Numbered from the stretch's first letter, positions 1 through 10,539 are shown. The stretch is 64,000 nt of DNA from an uncultured archaeon (GCA_964410585.1 CAYPFW010000001.1:352001-416000), one strand, 5' to 3'. The notes: a model not told the origin generated them from the letters alone. A program made the numbers and translations.

Positions 1-593
1 GAGCCATTATGAACAGAGACAGTCCACTTTTCCTTGTATTGTTCCTCAACATACTTGCTAATCAATTCATTTACTTCAAAAATAATTTTTGTAAACTGGT
101 CCTGCATTTGCTTAGGATCCAATCTTAGTTCACCAATCAGTCTGTCTGATTTATTGATAAATAGAACTGGTTTTACTCTTTCTTTTAGAGCCTGACGTAT
201 AACTGTTTCTGTCTGCGGCATGCAGCCTTCAACAGCATCGACAACTATAACTGCTCCATCCACAGCTCTCATCGCGCGGGTGACATCGCCCCCGAAATCA
301 ACGTGTCCAGGAGTGTCTATCAGGTTAATCAAAAATTCCTTCCCTTCAACTTCATGAACCATCGAAGCATTTGCAGCGAAAATTGTGATTCCCCTTTCAG
401 CTTCCTGTGGATCAAAATCCATGAATTGTATTTTTCCAGCAAGCTCAGTTGAAATCATTCCAGCACCAGCAAGAAGGTTATCGCTTAATGTGGTTTTACC
501 ATGGTCAATGTGGGCGACTATACCCATGTTTCTTATCTGATCTGGTTTTCCTTGCAAATCTTTGATTGTTTCTGCAATATCTTTTTTAGCCAT
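1..593 (-). CDS. fusA: Elongation factor EF-2, N-terminal part (runs off window)
   Basis: Manual translation [11 protein letters not shown]...[26 protein letters not shown]...[13 protein letters not shown]; lies downstream of S12-S7. Confidence 0.97.
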   Translation of the reverse strand, partial: MAKKDIAETIKDLQGKPDQIRNMGIVAHIDHGKTTLSDNLLAGAGMISTELAGKIQFMDFDPQEAERGITIFAANASMVHEVEGKEFLINLIDTPGHVDFGGDVTRAMRAVDGAVIVVDAVEGCMPQTETVIRQALKERVKPVLFINKSDRLIGELRLDPKQMQDQFTKIIFEVNELISKYVEEQYKEKWTVSVHNG

Positions 594-655
594 AAAATTA
601 GTTGGCCTCCAAAAAACGATAGTATAATAGGACTAAATAGATATAAATATATTGC

Positions 656-1261
656 TTATCTTGAGCTTTCTGCTTCTTTTTCAAGCCTCTGTCGCTCTCT
701 CACTGCATGTGATTTTACATCGTTGTTCGATGCTGCAATTAGCTCTGTAGCTATAACTTCGGGCAATTTGTTTTTAGAACCAAAAGTAGATTTGTAAATT
801 CCTTGTGTCAAATTCCTTAAAGCAGAATCAACCCTTCTTTGCGGCGCTGTAACAACAGCTTTTCTTGCAATCATTCCACCAACTCTATATCCTGTGACCT
901 CTTCATATGTTGCAGAATTAACAACAGCATCAACAAAAACTTGCATTGGGTTTTTCTTTGTCCTTTGTTCAATAAGAGCGAAAGCCTTTTTTGTTGCAGA
1001 AAACAACATTTGGGTTTGACCAACGCAGTGACCGCTGTTGATTTTGTGTCTTTTTCCTCTGTGTCCTGGAACCATCAGCTTGTTCATGAATCTTTCAACT
1101 ATTGACATTTGATTTCTTTTGAATTGCACGCCCGCGAACTTTCCACCAGATCTAGGAACAACAACAGGAGCAAGATTAATGTATCTAAGCAAACCTGGAT
1201 CATTTACTTCTATTCCTTCTGTGTCCCATCTGTTGAACAACATTGGTTTTCCAGCTTCCAT
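656..1261 (-). CDS. rps7: 30S ribosomal protein uS7
   Basis: Archaeal S7 motifs (IVERFMNKLM, NPMQVFVDAV, APQRRVD, AESSR C-terminus). Confidence 0.97.
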   Translation of the reverse strand: MEAGKPMLFNRWDTEGIEVNDPGLLRYINLAPVVVPRSGGKFAGVQFKRNQMSIVERFMNKLMVPGHRGKRHKINSGHCVGQTQMLFSATKKAFALIEQRTKKNPMQVFVDAVVNSATYEEVTGYRVGGMIARKAVVTAPQRRVDSALRNLTQGIYKSTFGSKNKLPEVIATELIAASNNDVKSHAVRERQRLEKEAESSR

Positions 1262-1274
1262 AATGAAATTAATA

Positions 1275-1358
1275 GTGGAAGGCGTTTAAAAATTTCCGAA
1301 TCGAAATGAGGAAATTTTTAGCCTCCCTTTTTGATTAACCTTTTTAGAAAAAAGGTTA
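1275..1358 (+). repeat. Family A palindromic mini-element (copy A1)
   Basis: GTGGAAGGCG-stem-GCCTCC plus terminal hairpin TAACCTTTTT..AAAAAGGTTA; its end is the rps12 stop codon. Confidence 0.9.
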
Positions 1359-1778
1359 CTGTTTTGGTTTCTCTTTCTTTCCTTTTAATAGTTCTGAAAG
1401 CGACACACCTTTAACACCAACAACTTTGTATTTCAAACCGTGCTGCGAACCAATTGCACCACCTTGAGATCCACCAATACCTTCTAAAGTGACTTCGTCG
1501 TGCTCATCTATAAACTTGATTGCATTTGTCCCAGGAACAAAAGCTGTAACCGGAATCCCGTTTTTAACAAGCTGTACTCTAACACATTTGATAATTCCTG
1601 AGTGGGGTTGTTTCTGCTCAACACCTTTTTTCTTCAGAACAATGCCTCTTCCAGCTGGCGCACCTTTCAAAGGAGTAAGCTTCCAATATTTTCCTAGCTT
1701 TTCCTTTTTTGATCTAGAATACCACCTATACTTTTTCCTTTTCTTCTTCAAATTTCGCCCTGAAAATTCACCTGGAAT
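1356..1778 (-). CDS. rps12: 30S ribosomal protein uS12 (probable non-canonical ATT start)
   Basis: KQPHSG..KCVRVQL..AFVPG..DEHDEV. The N-terminal PGEFSGRNL lies upstream of the TTG at 1751 and is bounded by an in-frame TGA at 1788-1790. Confidence 0.95.
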   Translation of the reverse strand: MPGEFSGRNLKKKRKKYRWYSRSKKEKLGKYWKLTPLKGAPAGRGIVLKKKGVEQKQPHSGIIKCVRVQLVKNGIPVTAFVPGTNAIKFIDEHDEVTLEGIGGSQGGAIGSQHGLKYKVVGVKGVSLSELLKGKKEKPKQ

Positions 1779-1862
1779 AAATATACCTCACTATTGATTT
1801 GATGTAGTTTTTTGTTTTAGGTGTTTATAAATTAATATACACGCGAATATAAACCATTTAAT

Positions 1863-2381
1863 ATGATAATCGTTCTCCGCTTAGAGCACCGACCATTCAG
1901 GGATCAAAGAATATCGACACACTGCGGGCTTGTTTCTAGGGCGCTTGGCGCATCCAAAATCATTTATACAGGTCTGAAAGACGATCACTTTGAAAATTCG
2001 ATCCGTGGGGTTGTCGGAAACTTCGGCGGAAAGTTTGAAATTGAATTTTCAGACAGCTGGCGCAAAGTTTTCACTGAATACAAAAAGAAAAAATTCAAGA
2101 TCGTGCACCTGACAATGTATGGCTTGGAAATACAAAAAGAAATAAAAAAATTAAGGAAAATAAAAAACATTTTATTGGTTGTTGGCGGAGAAAAAGTCCC
2201 TCCTCAAGTTTACCATGAAGCTGACTTCAACATTTCAGTGACAAATCAACCGCACTCAGAAGTTGCTGGTTTAGCGGTTTTTTTACACGAATATTTTGGC
2301 GGAAAAGAACTCGAAAAAAAATTCAAAGGAAGACTCACAGTTATCCCACAGGAAAGGGGAAAGAAGGTTGAAGGGAAATGA
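1863..2381 (+). CDS. tRNA (cytidine(56)-2'-O)-methyltransferase aTrm56 (SPOUT)
   Basis: LRLEHRPFRDQRISTHCGL, HLTMYG, GGEKVP, NQPHSEVA motifs. Confidence 0.95.
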   Translation: MIIVLRLEHRPFRDQRISTHCGLVSRALGASKIIYTGLKDDHFENSIRGVVGNFGGKFEIEFSDSWRKVFTEYKKKKFKIVHLTMYGLEIQKEIKKLRKIKNILLVVGGEKVPPQVYHEADFNISVTNQPHSEVAGLAVFLHEYFGGKELEKKFKGRLTVIPQERGKKVEGK

Positions 2382-2986
2382 TAAAAATTCATCTTACAAG
2401 AACACAGTACTTTATTTTGTCAGTTGTAAGTTTAGTTCTACTTATTTCTAACTTTTTACTTGCCCTCATGTTCCCTTCTGAAAATGTCAAATTTATTTTC
2501 GACACAGCCGTTGTTCTTTTTTTAGTAGAATTTTTGACAATAGTCTTTTCTTTCTATTTTACAAAACCAACGAAAACAAGAAAAGAGAGGAGACAACTAT
2601 TTTTAATATTGATTCTGGCTTCTATTTGTATTGTATTTATCGGTATAGCTAGCCAAACATTAATTCCACCAATTTTCTTTGTAATAAGTCTATTCAGTAA
2701 ATTTTCTCAAAATAAAGCAAGTGAAAACCCACATATTCTTGTTTTCTATATTGTTCTTGTACTTCTAACAGTTAGTGCGGCAGCCTTAACAGAATCGTTC
2801 TGGGTTTCAACTTTCCCAATAGATCAGGAAATAGTTCTTGAAAACGTACCAATAACAACAAGCAGTAAAAGGATGCTGCCCCCTCAAGTTTTGCTTGCTT
2901 GGGGAGTTCTTTACTATACAACGCTTTTAGTTATTAATGTTGTATATTTTTTAAGAAAAAATCGAAAAATCAGAACTAAAAAATGA
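2378..2986 (+). CDS. Hypothetical multi-pass membrane protein
   Basis: 202 aa ORF with several hydrophobic segments; overlaps the upstream stop by 4 nt. Confidence 0.75.
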   Translation: MIKIHLTRTQYFILSVVSLVLLISNFLLALMFPSENVKFIFDTAVVLFLVEFLTIVFSFYFTKPTKTRKERRQLFLILILASICIVFIGIASQTLIPPIFFVISLFSKFSQNKASENPHILVFYIVLVLLTVSAAALTESFWVSTFPIDQEIVLENVPITTSSKRMLPPQVLLAWGVLYYTTLLVINVVYFLRKNRKIRTKK

Positions 2987-2990
2987 TTAT

Positions 2991-4064
2991 TTACATCCCA
3001 ATCTGAATAAGCTCGCCTTGCTCTTCTTCTGATGAGCAACAAGAATCTATTTTTTGCATCTCTTTTTTCTGGAAATTTAAAACCTCCCTTTGCGAAGGTA
3101 TTGGATGATTGTCATGATCCCAATCGAAAACAAGCTTTCTGTCTTCTCTATCTTTTCTTGAAGCCAAAACAACCCTACTGTTTGCTTTTTCATCCACAAT
3201 ATGCGCGCCAAGTTTTTTGCAAAGCTGTTCTGCAAACTCTTTTATTTCTACATGTGTTGGCATTTGTTGATAGGCTAGCCTATATCTTGCATAACCGACA
3301 GGCATCGCGGCCTTAAATTCAATCCAATCAAAATCTATATCCTTCAAAAGCTCAGCATAACCTTCGATATGAAGCATATTCAAGTTTTTAGCCAATGTTA
3401 ACCGCACAACTGACCTATTGAATTTTCCAAGAAGCTTTAGGGATTCTTTTATTTTTGGCCAAGTGTTTGGTGTCAAAGGCTTGCAAGCCTCTTCATATGT
3501 TTTTTCATCTGGTGCAGGCACAGTTATGTAGACTTGTGTCGGTTGGTGTCCATTCAAAAGTTTTTCCAACATCCTTGGGAAGGTTCCGTTTGTCACTAAA
3601 AATGAAGTCATTCCGCGAGAATGTATTTCATCTATCAGTTCTGGGAGTTTTGGATACATACATGCATCACCTGTCAAAGATAAGGCGACATGCTTTGGTT
3701 TCATTGATTCATCCAACCTTTCTTTATGCACTCTTTCTGCGCCGAAAAAACCAACTAAAAGTTTTTTGTGCTCTTCGATGAAACCATCAACAATCATTTT
3801 TGGATCATCTATTTTTTCAAAAGTCAGAGAAGAATAATTTATATCCCTCCAACACCATTCACATCTCAAGTTGCAATTATCCAAAGTCACAGATGCTTCT
3901 ATACATCTCCAGGACTTTATGTTATAGAAAGTATTTTTGTAGCAGGTATCGTCGCCTCTCACTGCTTTTTTGCACCAGAGACATGTTTTGATAGCTGAGT
4001 GATTGCCAACTAACCTATATCCTTGCTTCATCAATTCCTTTTTCCTGTCAGCTGAAACTACCAT
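2991..4064 (-). CDS. taw1: 4-demethylwyosine synthase Taw1/TYW1 (radical SAM)
   Basis: HSAIKTCLWC, CYKNTFY, CNLRCEWCWR, FLVTNGT. Confidence 0.93.
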   Translation of the reverse strand: MVVSADRKKELMKQGYRLVGNHSAIKTCLWCKKAVRGDDTCYKNTFYNIKSWRCIEASVTLDNCNLRCEWCWRDINYSSLTFEKIDDPKMIVDGFIEEHKKLLVGFFGAERVHKERLDESMKPKHVALSLTGDACMYPKLPELIDEIHSRGMTSFLVTNGTFPRMLEKLLNGHQPTQVYITVPAPDEKTYEEACKPLTPNTWPKIKESLKLLGKFNRSVVRLTLAKNLNMLHIEGYAELLKDIDFDWIEFKAAMPVGYARYRLAYQQMPTHVEIKEFAEQLCKKLGAHIVDEKANSRVVLASRKDREDRKLVFDWDHDNHPIPSQREVLNFQKKEMQKIDSCCSSEEEQGELIQIGM

Positions 4065-4110
4065 ATCCTTTAAGATATTACTTTGATATATAAATCCTAT
4101 AGTGTTTTCT

Positions 4111-4156
4111 TTTTGGTACGGTAGCTTTTTCTTTTTTGAAAAGAAAAAGATAGCTA
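4111..4156 (+). repeat. Family C mini-element (copy C1)
   Basis: TTTTGGTACGGTAGC plus hairpin TTTTTCTTTT/AAAAGAAAAA, ending in TAGCTA. Confidence 0.85.
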
Positions 4157-4178
4157 TTATTCAATAATATAAAGACTT

Positions 4179-4580
4179 ATGATCCATTTGGTGCACGCTG
4201 TTTTCAAAAAAGACAACAAGATTTTCGCAATCAAAAGAAATGATAAACCACTCAAAGGCTTCTACTCTCTTCCAGGGGGAAGGATAGAAAAAGAAACTAA
4301 AGAAGATGCTTTGAAAAGAGAATTAAAGGAAGAACTCGGAATCGATGTCTATGTGGATCAAAAAGATTTTCTTGGGAAAATTTCTTACACTGGAAAAAAT
4401 TTAGACTTCACTGTTTTTTATTTCAAAATAAATTTAGAAGAAAACAAAATCAGTTTAAATAAAAAAGAGATTTCAGGGACAAAATGGCTTTCTATTCCTG
4501 ATTTTTGCGAAAATCTTTTGAAAGCAGGATTGAACAAAGAAAGTGTTAACAGGCTAAACGTTTTATTAAATAGCGCTTAA
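4179..4580 (+). CDS. NUDIX hydrolase
   Basis: Nudix box PGGRIEKETKEDALKRELKEELG. Confidence 0.9.
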   Translation: MIHLVHAVFKKDNKIFAIKRNDKPLKGFYSLPGGRIEKETKEDALKRELKEELGIDVYVDQKDFLGKISYTGKNLDFTVFYFKINLEENKISLNKKEISGTKWLSIPDFCENLLKAGLNKESVNRLNVLLNSA

Positions 4581-4587
4581 TATAGTT

Positions 4588-5253
4588 ATGAAAGTTACAG
4601 CAACACTGATGATTATCAATGTAATCATATTCATACTTCAATCAATAGCACCACAAACCGAGATACACGGCTATCAAATAGATTGGGTAACTGCAAATTT
4701 TGCTTTAATTCCAGCAGATGCCTTCTCAGGAAGTGTTTGGCAGTTTTTCACCTATATGTTTTTGCACGGTGGGATCACACATATTTTTGTTAACATGTTT
4801 GTCTTGCTGATTTTTGGATCTCAGTTAGAAAGGGCTCTGGGGAGAAAAAAGTTTTTGATGCTTTATTTAATAGCTGGAGTAGGCTCTGGATTTTTCTATA
4901 TCCTTCTCAGTTATATTTTCACTCCAGCAGCATTTGCTTTAAGGGATTTGATCATTCCAATGATAGGTGCATCTGGATCAATATATGGAGTCATGGCAGG
5001 ATATGGTTTACTTTATCCAAAAAACTGGATAATCATGTTCCCTGGCATACCAATGCCAGCTGGGCTAGCTGTTATTGTTTTTGCAGGCATTGAATTCTTC
5101 TTTGGACTAACTGGTTTTGATTCTGGGGTCGCAAACTTTGGCCATTTGGGCGGTCTTATTTTTGGTTTGGTTTTGGTTTACTGGTGGAAAAAAAGAAAAG
5201 ACAAGGAACTTTTTGATCCAAAAAACAGAGGCTGGGATTTTGTCTGGGAGTGA
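4588..5253 (+). CDS. Rhomboid intramembrane serine protease
   Basis: WQFFTYMFLHG, HIFVNM, GASG, HLGGL motifs. Confidence 0.95.
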   Translation: MKVTATLMIINVIIFILQSIAPQTEIHGYQIDWVTANFALIPADAFSGSVWQFFTYMFLHGGITHIFVNMFVLLIFGSQLERALGRKKFLMLYLIAGVGSGFFYILLSYIFTPAAFALRDLIIPMIGASGSIYGVMAGYGLLYPKNWIIMFPGIPMPAGLAVIVFAGIEFFFGLTGFDSGVANFGHLGGLIFGLVLVYWWKKRKDKELFDPKNRGWDFVWE

Positions 5254-5335
5254 GCCTTTTTCAAAAAGGCTCAAGCCAAAAGGGAGGCTAAAATTTTGCT
5301 CAGATCGCTTCGCAAAATTTTTAAACGCCTTCCAC
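5251..5335 (-). repeat. Family A mini-element (copy A2)
   Basis: Reverse copy; terminal hairpin TGAGCC..GGCTCA begins with the rhomboid TGA stop. Confidence 0.9.
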
Positions 5336-5340
5336 TAAAA

Positions 5341-6132
5341 CTAAATTTTTACAATATAGTCAACATTAACTCCAGCTTTTCTAAGCTTTTTTAATCCACC
5401 CTTTGACTCATCGACAACCACAGCATAAACGCCAACCACATCGCCACCCGCTTGTCCAATCAATTTTACACCCTCTGTTGCTGTTATTCCAGAAGAAAGA
5501 ATATCTTCGACTATGAGTATTTTTCTTCCTCTTGTTCCTGTTATGCTGGATCTTCTGACTTCCATTGTTCTATGTTTTCCATTTTTATTTATGTAGTCCC
5601 TTTCCACAACATCATCACCAGCAAGCCTTCCCTTCTCATCAGCAATTGGCACATACCTTATCTGCATTGCAAATGAAACTATGCTTGCTATGACAGATCC
5701 TTCACTTCCTATTCCAGCTATTTTGTGCACTCTAGAATGTTTTTCACTTTCCTCAGTTTTTGGCAAATCCAAACTATCTGGCGTGGCATATGGATCTTCA
5801 AATTCAGACAAATACTCCCTTTGTGTTTGCGGACTTATATCAAACCGGCTTGTTATGTCTCTTGCAACAGCGGCTATTGCAACTGGATCTTCTCTTAACC
5901 TGCTTAGGTCATAGGGCCTTTTCCTTCTCCTTCTATTAACCATAATATATCTTTCCATGAACTGCTCAGGAGTTAACCTAAGAGGTGGAGCATTTCCACC
6001 TTTAAAATCAGAAATAACATCCACAACTTGCGCCATAGCTTCTGGATCTTCTAAAAGAAGCGAAAGATCTGTATAACTCCCAACTTCCCTTAGATATCTT
6101 TTTCTAAAATCTCCCCCATCAAAAATTATCAT
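5341..6132 (-). CDS. Type I phosphoribosyltransferase (APRT-like) with N-terminal extension
   Basis: PRPP-binding motif ILIVEDILSSGITA; IAGIGSEG. Confidence 0.8.
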   Translation of the reverse strand: MIIFDGGDFRKRYLREVGSYTDLSLLLEDPEAMAQVVDVISDFKGGNAPPLRLTPEQFMERYIMVNRRRRKRPYDLSRLREDPVAIAAVARDITSRFDISPQTQREYLSEFEDPYATPDSLDLPKTEESEKHSRVHKIAGIGSEGSVIASIVSFAMQIRYVPIADEKGRLAGDDVVERDYINKNGKHRTMEVRRSSITGTRGRKILIVEDILSSGITATEGVKLIGQAGGDVVGVYAVVVDESKGGLKKLRKAGVNVDYIVKI

Positions 6133-6200
6133 TCATTTTTTTGTTGTTAAGAAATTTAAAAGCTTCGATAGGAATAAAAAACTTACTGCTAATTTAGAGT

Positions 6201-6968
6201 ATGTCAAAAATCGCTGTGATTGGTGGAACAGGTGCTAAAAGTTTTTTAGAAGATGTTGAAAGGAGAGAAGAGGTTGTTACATATTCTGTTAGAGGAGAAA
6301 GACTCAGAACACCTTTCAGATATTCGGTAGGCAGAACACCATCTGGGATAGGTGTTGTATATTTTAACAGACATGATGTTGCCCCACAGGAAGCAAAATT
6401 CAAAAGACCGGACGCAATTGATCCTAGACCTTATATGGTTCATCTAAATAGAATGGGCGTAGAAAAAGTTTTGGTAACATCTGCTGTTGGATCTCTTAAC
6501 GAAAACGTGGGTGAGCGCAGCCTGGTTATTCCTTCTGATTATGTCGACTTCACGAATACAGATGTTTCAATAGATGAAGGAAGAGAATATTCAGATATGA
6601 CAGATCCATTTCAATTAGACTCTAAGCTTGTGCGAGCCTCTCGAGAACAGGGTATAAGGGTTACAGAAAACGGTATTTATGCTTGTTATGTAAAAGGTCC
6701 TGTGTTCGAATCCCATATGGAAGTTAGAATGTTGAAAACTCTTTTAGGTGGAGAACACAAACCAATTTTAGTTGGTATGACGGTTCCTGGTGAAGCAAAG
6801 CTTGCGCGACTTTTAGGCATGGAATATGGATGCATTGCTGTTGTCACAAATCTTGGCGCAGGAATAGGTAGAAAAAGAATAACTCATGGTGGAAATAAGA
6901 CTGTATTTGAAATGGTGGAAGATGATGTAAGAAAATTAATGCTAGCTACAATTGATTTGATCGAGTAG
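6201..6968 (+). CDS. MTAP/purine nucleoside phosphorylase family
   Basis: IAVIGGTG, TSAVGSL, GPVFES, VGMTVPGEAKLAR, VTN. Confidence 0.9.
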   Translation: MSKIAVIGGTGAKSFLEDVERREEVVTYSVRGERLRTPFRYSVGRTPSGIGVVYFNRHDVAPQEAKFKRPDAIDPRPYMVHLNRMGVEKVLVTSAVGSLNENVGERSLVIPSDYVDFTNTDVSIDEGREYSDMTDPFQLDSKLVRASREQGIRVTENGIYACYVKGPVFESHMEVRMLKTLLGGEHKPILVGMTVPGEAKLARLLGMEYGCIAVVTNLGAGIGRKRITHGGNKTVFEMVEDDVRKLMLATIDLIE

Positions 6969-6970
6969 TC

Positions 6971-7879
6971 CTATTTCAAAACAACATTCAAAAAATCCTT
7001 TGCGCATTCTGTGTTTGGGAAAACTTTTTTTGCCTCTTCTAAAAGTGGACCGACATCTTGGTATCTTCTAGAAAAGTGCGTGAGAATTAATTTTTTTGCA
7101 TTTGATTTTTTTGCCAAATCAGCTGCGTCTGCTGCTTTTGTGTGGTACCTATCTTCATAATCTTCAAACTCATCACCGAAAGTTGATTCGTGTATAAGCA
7201 AATCAGCGTCCTTTGCAAGCTTGGCCAAATTTTCAGTTGGCTTTGTGTCCCCAGAATAAACAAGCTTAACACCTTTTTTCAAAATTCCAACTTCCTCTAA
7301 TTTTATTTTTTTTCCTTTCAATTCTATTTCACCTTTCTCTTTTAGCTTCCCAACCATCGGCCCTTGCTTCAAACCATACAATTTTGTTGCTTTCGGCAAA
7401 TCAACGTTCCAACGATCTTCTTCTCGATAGCAAAAAGAAACAGCAGGGATAGAATGTTTTACAGGAATAGAAGAGATGGTGAAATCTTTTCCTTTAAACA
7501 AAACAGTCTCCTCTGGTTTTTGGAATTGTATGTTTATTGGCTTTATTTCAAACCTTGGCCCCCAGTAAGCCATGTCCAGAAGATCGCCGACAAACCTTTC
7601 AGCCTCTGGAGCATATATTTCTAAAGGTTGCTTTCTTTTTTCTAAATTCATTGTTTGGATCAAACCAATTAACCCGGCCCAATGGTCAGCATGCCAATGA
7701 CTGATGAATATCCTATCAATTTTCATGAAGTTTAGTTTTGCTTTGAAAATTTGCCTTTGCGTCCCTTCTCCACAATCCCACAAGAAACATTGATCCTCAT
7801 GTCTGAGGTAAATTGCTGAATGGTTTCTCCAAGGCGTTGGCACACCTGTTCCTGTTCCCAAAAATGTGAGTTCTAACAT
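6971..7879 (-). CDS. rnz: Ribonuclease Z
   Basis: FLGTG, DCGEGTQ, ISHWHADH, YSGDT, HESTF, THFSRRY. Confidence 0.96.
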   Translation of the reverse strand: MLELTFLGTGTGVPTPWRNHSAIYLRHEDQCFLWDCGEGTQRQIFKAKLNFMKIDRIFISHWHADHWAGLIGLIQTMNLEKRKQPLEIYAPEAERFVGDLLDMAYWGPRFEIKPINIQFQKPEETVLFKGKDFTISSIPVKHSIPAVSFCYREEDRWNVDLPKATKLYGLKQGPMVGKLKEKGEIELKGKKIKLEEVGILKKGVKLVYSGDTKPTENLAKLAKDADLLIHESTFGDEFEDYEDRYHTKAADAADLAKKSNAKKLILTHFSRRYQDVGPLLEEAKKVFPNTECAKDFLNVVLK

Positions 7880-7931
7880 GTATCATATTTTGTTGTCCCG
7901 AATTAATAAACAGACAATGGCAAAATAAATT

Positions 7932-8516
7932 ATGATCAATGCTCTTGTTTTTGATTTAGGTGGTGTGCTTTTTGCAGATGGCAGCTCTGTTCTAATCAAA
8001 AAATATGGTAAGATTGCAGAGAAAGTACTGCGGTCTGAGAAATGTATAGACCTAAGGAAAGGTCTGATTTCTGACAGAGAATTTTGGCTCTGGGCCCAAA
8101 AAATTCTTGGAGAAAAATACAAGGCAAGCAAGTTCAAAAAAGAATGGTATGAAAGCTATGTTTTGGACAAAGATATTTTCGAACTTCTCAAAAACCTTAA
8201 AGAGAAATACAAACTGATTGCTTTTTCTGGAAATGTAAAAAGCAGAGTCACATTTCTCGATAAAAAATATAATTTTAGGAAATATTTTGATGTTGAAGTA
8301 TATTCTTTTGATCATCAAACATCGAAGCCTGAAAAGAAGTTTTTTGAAATTTTATTGAAAAAATCGAAGTGCAAACCAAGTGAAATCATATACATAGACG
8401 ACAGCGAGTTTTACTCGCTCCCTGCCAAAAAACTTGGGGCAAACGTATTAATCTACTCAAGAGGAAATATTGCTAAACTAAAATCTGATTTGAAAAAATT
8501 CGGAATTTCCATATGA
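7932..8516 (+). CDS. HAD-superfamily hydrolase
   Basis: FDLGGV motif I, KP, YIDD motif. Confidence 0.9.
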   Translation: MINALVFDLGGVLFADGSSVLIKKYGKIAEKVLRSEKCIDLRKGLISDREFWLWAQKILGEKYKASKFKKEWYESYVLDKDIFELLKNLKEKYKLIAFSGNVKSRVTFLDKKYNFRKYFDVEVYSFDHQTSKPEKKFFEILLKKSKCKPSEIIYIDDSEFYSLPAKKLGANVLIYSRGNIAKLKSDLKKFGISI

Positions 8517-9439
8517 AAATCTCGATTATTGGCGCAGGAAATGTTGGTGCAACTGCTGGTTTGGTTATTGCACAAAAAAATCTCTGCGAGCATTTGGTTC
8601 TTGTTGATATTGTTGAAACAGTTAGAGGGAAGGCTCTAGATATTCAACAAGCCGCCTCTTCATTGGAGTTTGAAACACAAGTTGAAGGCGGGACAAAATA
8701 TGAAATGATTGCTGAGTCTGATATTATTGTAAATACAGCTGGCTTTCCAAGAATACAAGGATCTGGTTCTAGAGAAGAGCTTTTGGAGAAAAACTTCCAG
8801 ATTGCAAAAACAATAAGCTCTTCGATAAAAAAATTTACTCCAAATGCTATTGTGATGAATGTTGCCAATCCTGTTGATTCTTTAACATACGCTTTTTACA
8901 AACTTCTGAACTTTGACAAATCAAAAGTTTTTGGTATGGGTGGACTTTTGGACTGCTCAAGGGCGCAAACTTTAATTTCAAAAGAAACAGGAAAGCCTGT
9001 TTCAGACATCAAAACCATGATACTGGGGACACATGGAGATGATATGGTTTTTTTGGAAAGCCAAACAAAAATACACGGCGAGCCAATTAACAGCTTTGTA
9101 AAAGAGAACAAACTGGAATCAATTATCCAAAAAACAAAAAATGGAGGAGCCGAACTTGTTCAAATTTTAGGACAGAGCGGTTATATAGCACCAGGAGCAT
9201 GTGTTGCAAAACAGGTTGAGGCAGTTGTGAAAAACACAAAACATATCTTTTGTTTGCCTGCTTTTTTGGATGGGGAATATGGGCATAAAGGCCTATACAT
9301 AGGTGTTCCTGCTGTCCTGGGAAAAAATGGTGTGGAAAAAATAGTTGAAGTCAATTTATCTGAAAACGAAAAACAAGGGTTTGAAAAAGCAGTGAAAACC
9401 ACACAACAGATGTGCAGGAAAGTTGATAGTTTATTATAA
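8513..9439 (+). CDS. mdh: Malate dehydrogenase (LDH-like)
   Basis: IIGAGNVG, TAGFPR, ANPVD, LDCSR, GTHGD. Confidence 0.9.
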   Translation: MKISIIGAGNVGATAGLVIAQKNLCEHLVLVDIVETVRGKALDIQQAASSLEFETQVEGGTKYEMIAESDIIVNTAGFPRIQGSGSREELLEKNFQIAKTISSSIKKFTPNAIVMNVANPVDSLTYAFYKLLNFDKSKVFGMGGLLDCSRAQTLISKETGKPVSDIKTMILGTHGDDMVFLESQTKIHGEPINSFVKENKLESIIQKTKNGGAELVQILGQSGYIAPGACVAKQVEAVVKNTKHIFCLPAFLDGEYGHKGLYIGVPAVLGKNGVEKIVEVNLSENEKQGFEKAVKTTQQMCRKVDSLL

Positions 9440-9441
9440 TT

Positions 9442-10539
9442 TCAAACAAATTCCTTTAGCTTTTCAAAAAATCCTTTTGCTGTTTCAACTTTTTTCTCAG
9501 ATAAAAATTCTTTGAGAAGGTCCTCTTGCTTTTTGGAAAGTTTTTCAGGTATTTCAACAACGGCTTTTACAAGCAAATCACCTCTTTTATTAGAATTCAA
9601 GTGAGGCATACCTTGACCCCTCAACCTGAAAATAGTGTGGCTCTGTGTTCCACCAGGTATTTTTAATTTAGCTTTTCCATTTATCACAGGAACTTCAACC
9701 TCACCACCAAGTATTGCAGTTCCCAAATCTAAAGTCATTTTACAAAACAAGTCCTGTTCATTTCTATCAAAGATTTCGTGATCTTTAACGGCTATTACAA
9801 CATAAAGATCGCCCTTTCTTCCCCCATTTTCACCATCATTACCTTCTCCTGCAATTCTCAAATATTGCTCATTATCAACACCTTTTGGTACTTTGATTTC
9901 TATTTTTTTTGTTTTTTTTATTCTTCCCCTTCCAGAACACGAATCGCAATGTTTTGTAGCAAATTTCCCACTTCCTCCACATTTATCACAATTAGAAACA
10001 CTAAACATTTGTCCAAGAAATGTTCTTTGTAGTTTTTTTATTTTTCCTGCACCACCACATCTTTCACATGTTTTTAGAAAGCCTTCTTTAGCACCTGTTC
10101 CCTTACACGATTCACATTTAGCTAATTGTGGGATTTCAATCTTCTTTGTCAAGCCATGAAAAGCATCCTCAAGTGATATTTCAATGTCATATCTTAGATC
10201 AGATCCACCCCTTTGGTTGTTTGATCCACCGGAAAAAACATTAAATATATCCCCAAAATCTTTGAAAAGGTCCTCAAAATTAAATCCTTTGAAACCAGAA
10301 AAGTCTTCAGGTCTGAAAGCTGAATGACCAAATTGGTCGTATTGGGATTTTTTCTGCTGGTCGCTTAGAACTTGAAAAGCCTCGTTTGCTTCTTTAAACT
10401 TCTCCTCTGATTCTTTGTTTCCTGGATTAACATCAGGGTGATATTTTCTGGCCAGGTTCCTGAATGCTTTTTTTATCTCATCTTGTGTAGCGCTTTTAGT
10501 CACACCAAGAACTTCGTAATAATCTTTTTTTTGTGACAT
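9442..10539 (-). CDS. dnaJ: Chaperone DnaJ
   Basis: J-domain HPD; CxxCxGxG repeats. Confidence 0.98.
   Translation of the reverse strand: MSQKKDYYEVLGVTKSATQDEIKKAFRNLARKYHPDVNPGNKESEEKFKEANEAFQVLSDQQKKSQYDQFGHSAFRPEDFSGFKGFNFEDLFKDFGDIFNVFSGGSNNQRGGSDLRYDIEISLEDAFHGLTKKIEIPQLAKCESCKGTGAKEGFLKTCERCGGAGKIKKLQRTFLGQMFSVSNCDKCGGSGKFATKHCDSCSGRGRIKKTKKIEIKVPKGVDNEQYLRIAGEGNDGENGGRKGDLYVVIAVKDHEIFDRNEQDLFCKMTLDLGTAILGGEVEVPVINGKAKLKIPGGTQSHTIFRLRGQGMPHLNSNKRGDLLVKAVVEIPEKLSKKQEDLLKEFLSEKKVETAKGFFEKLKEFV

Noticed and set aside
1295-1311. K-loop (L7Ae site) in the family A inner hairpin
   Set aside because: Tandem GA..TGA fits A1, A2 and A6, but other copies have GA/GAA plus a short stem, and A occurs in both orientations relative to transcription
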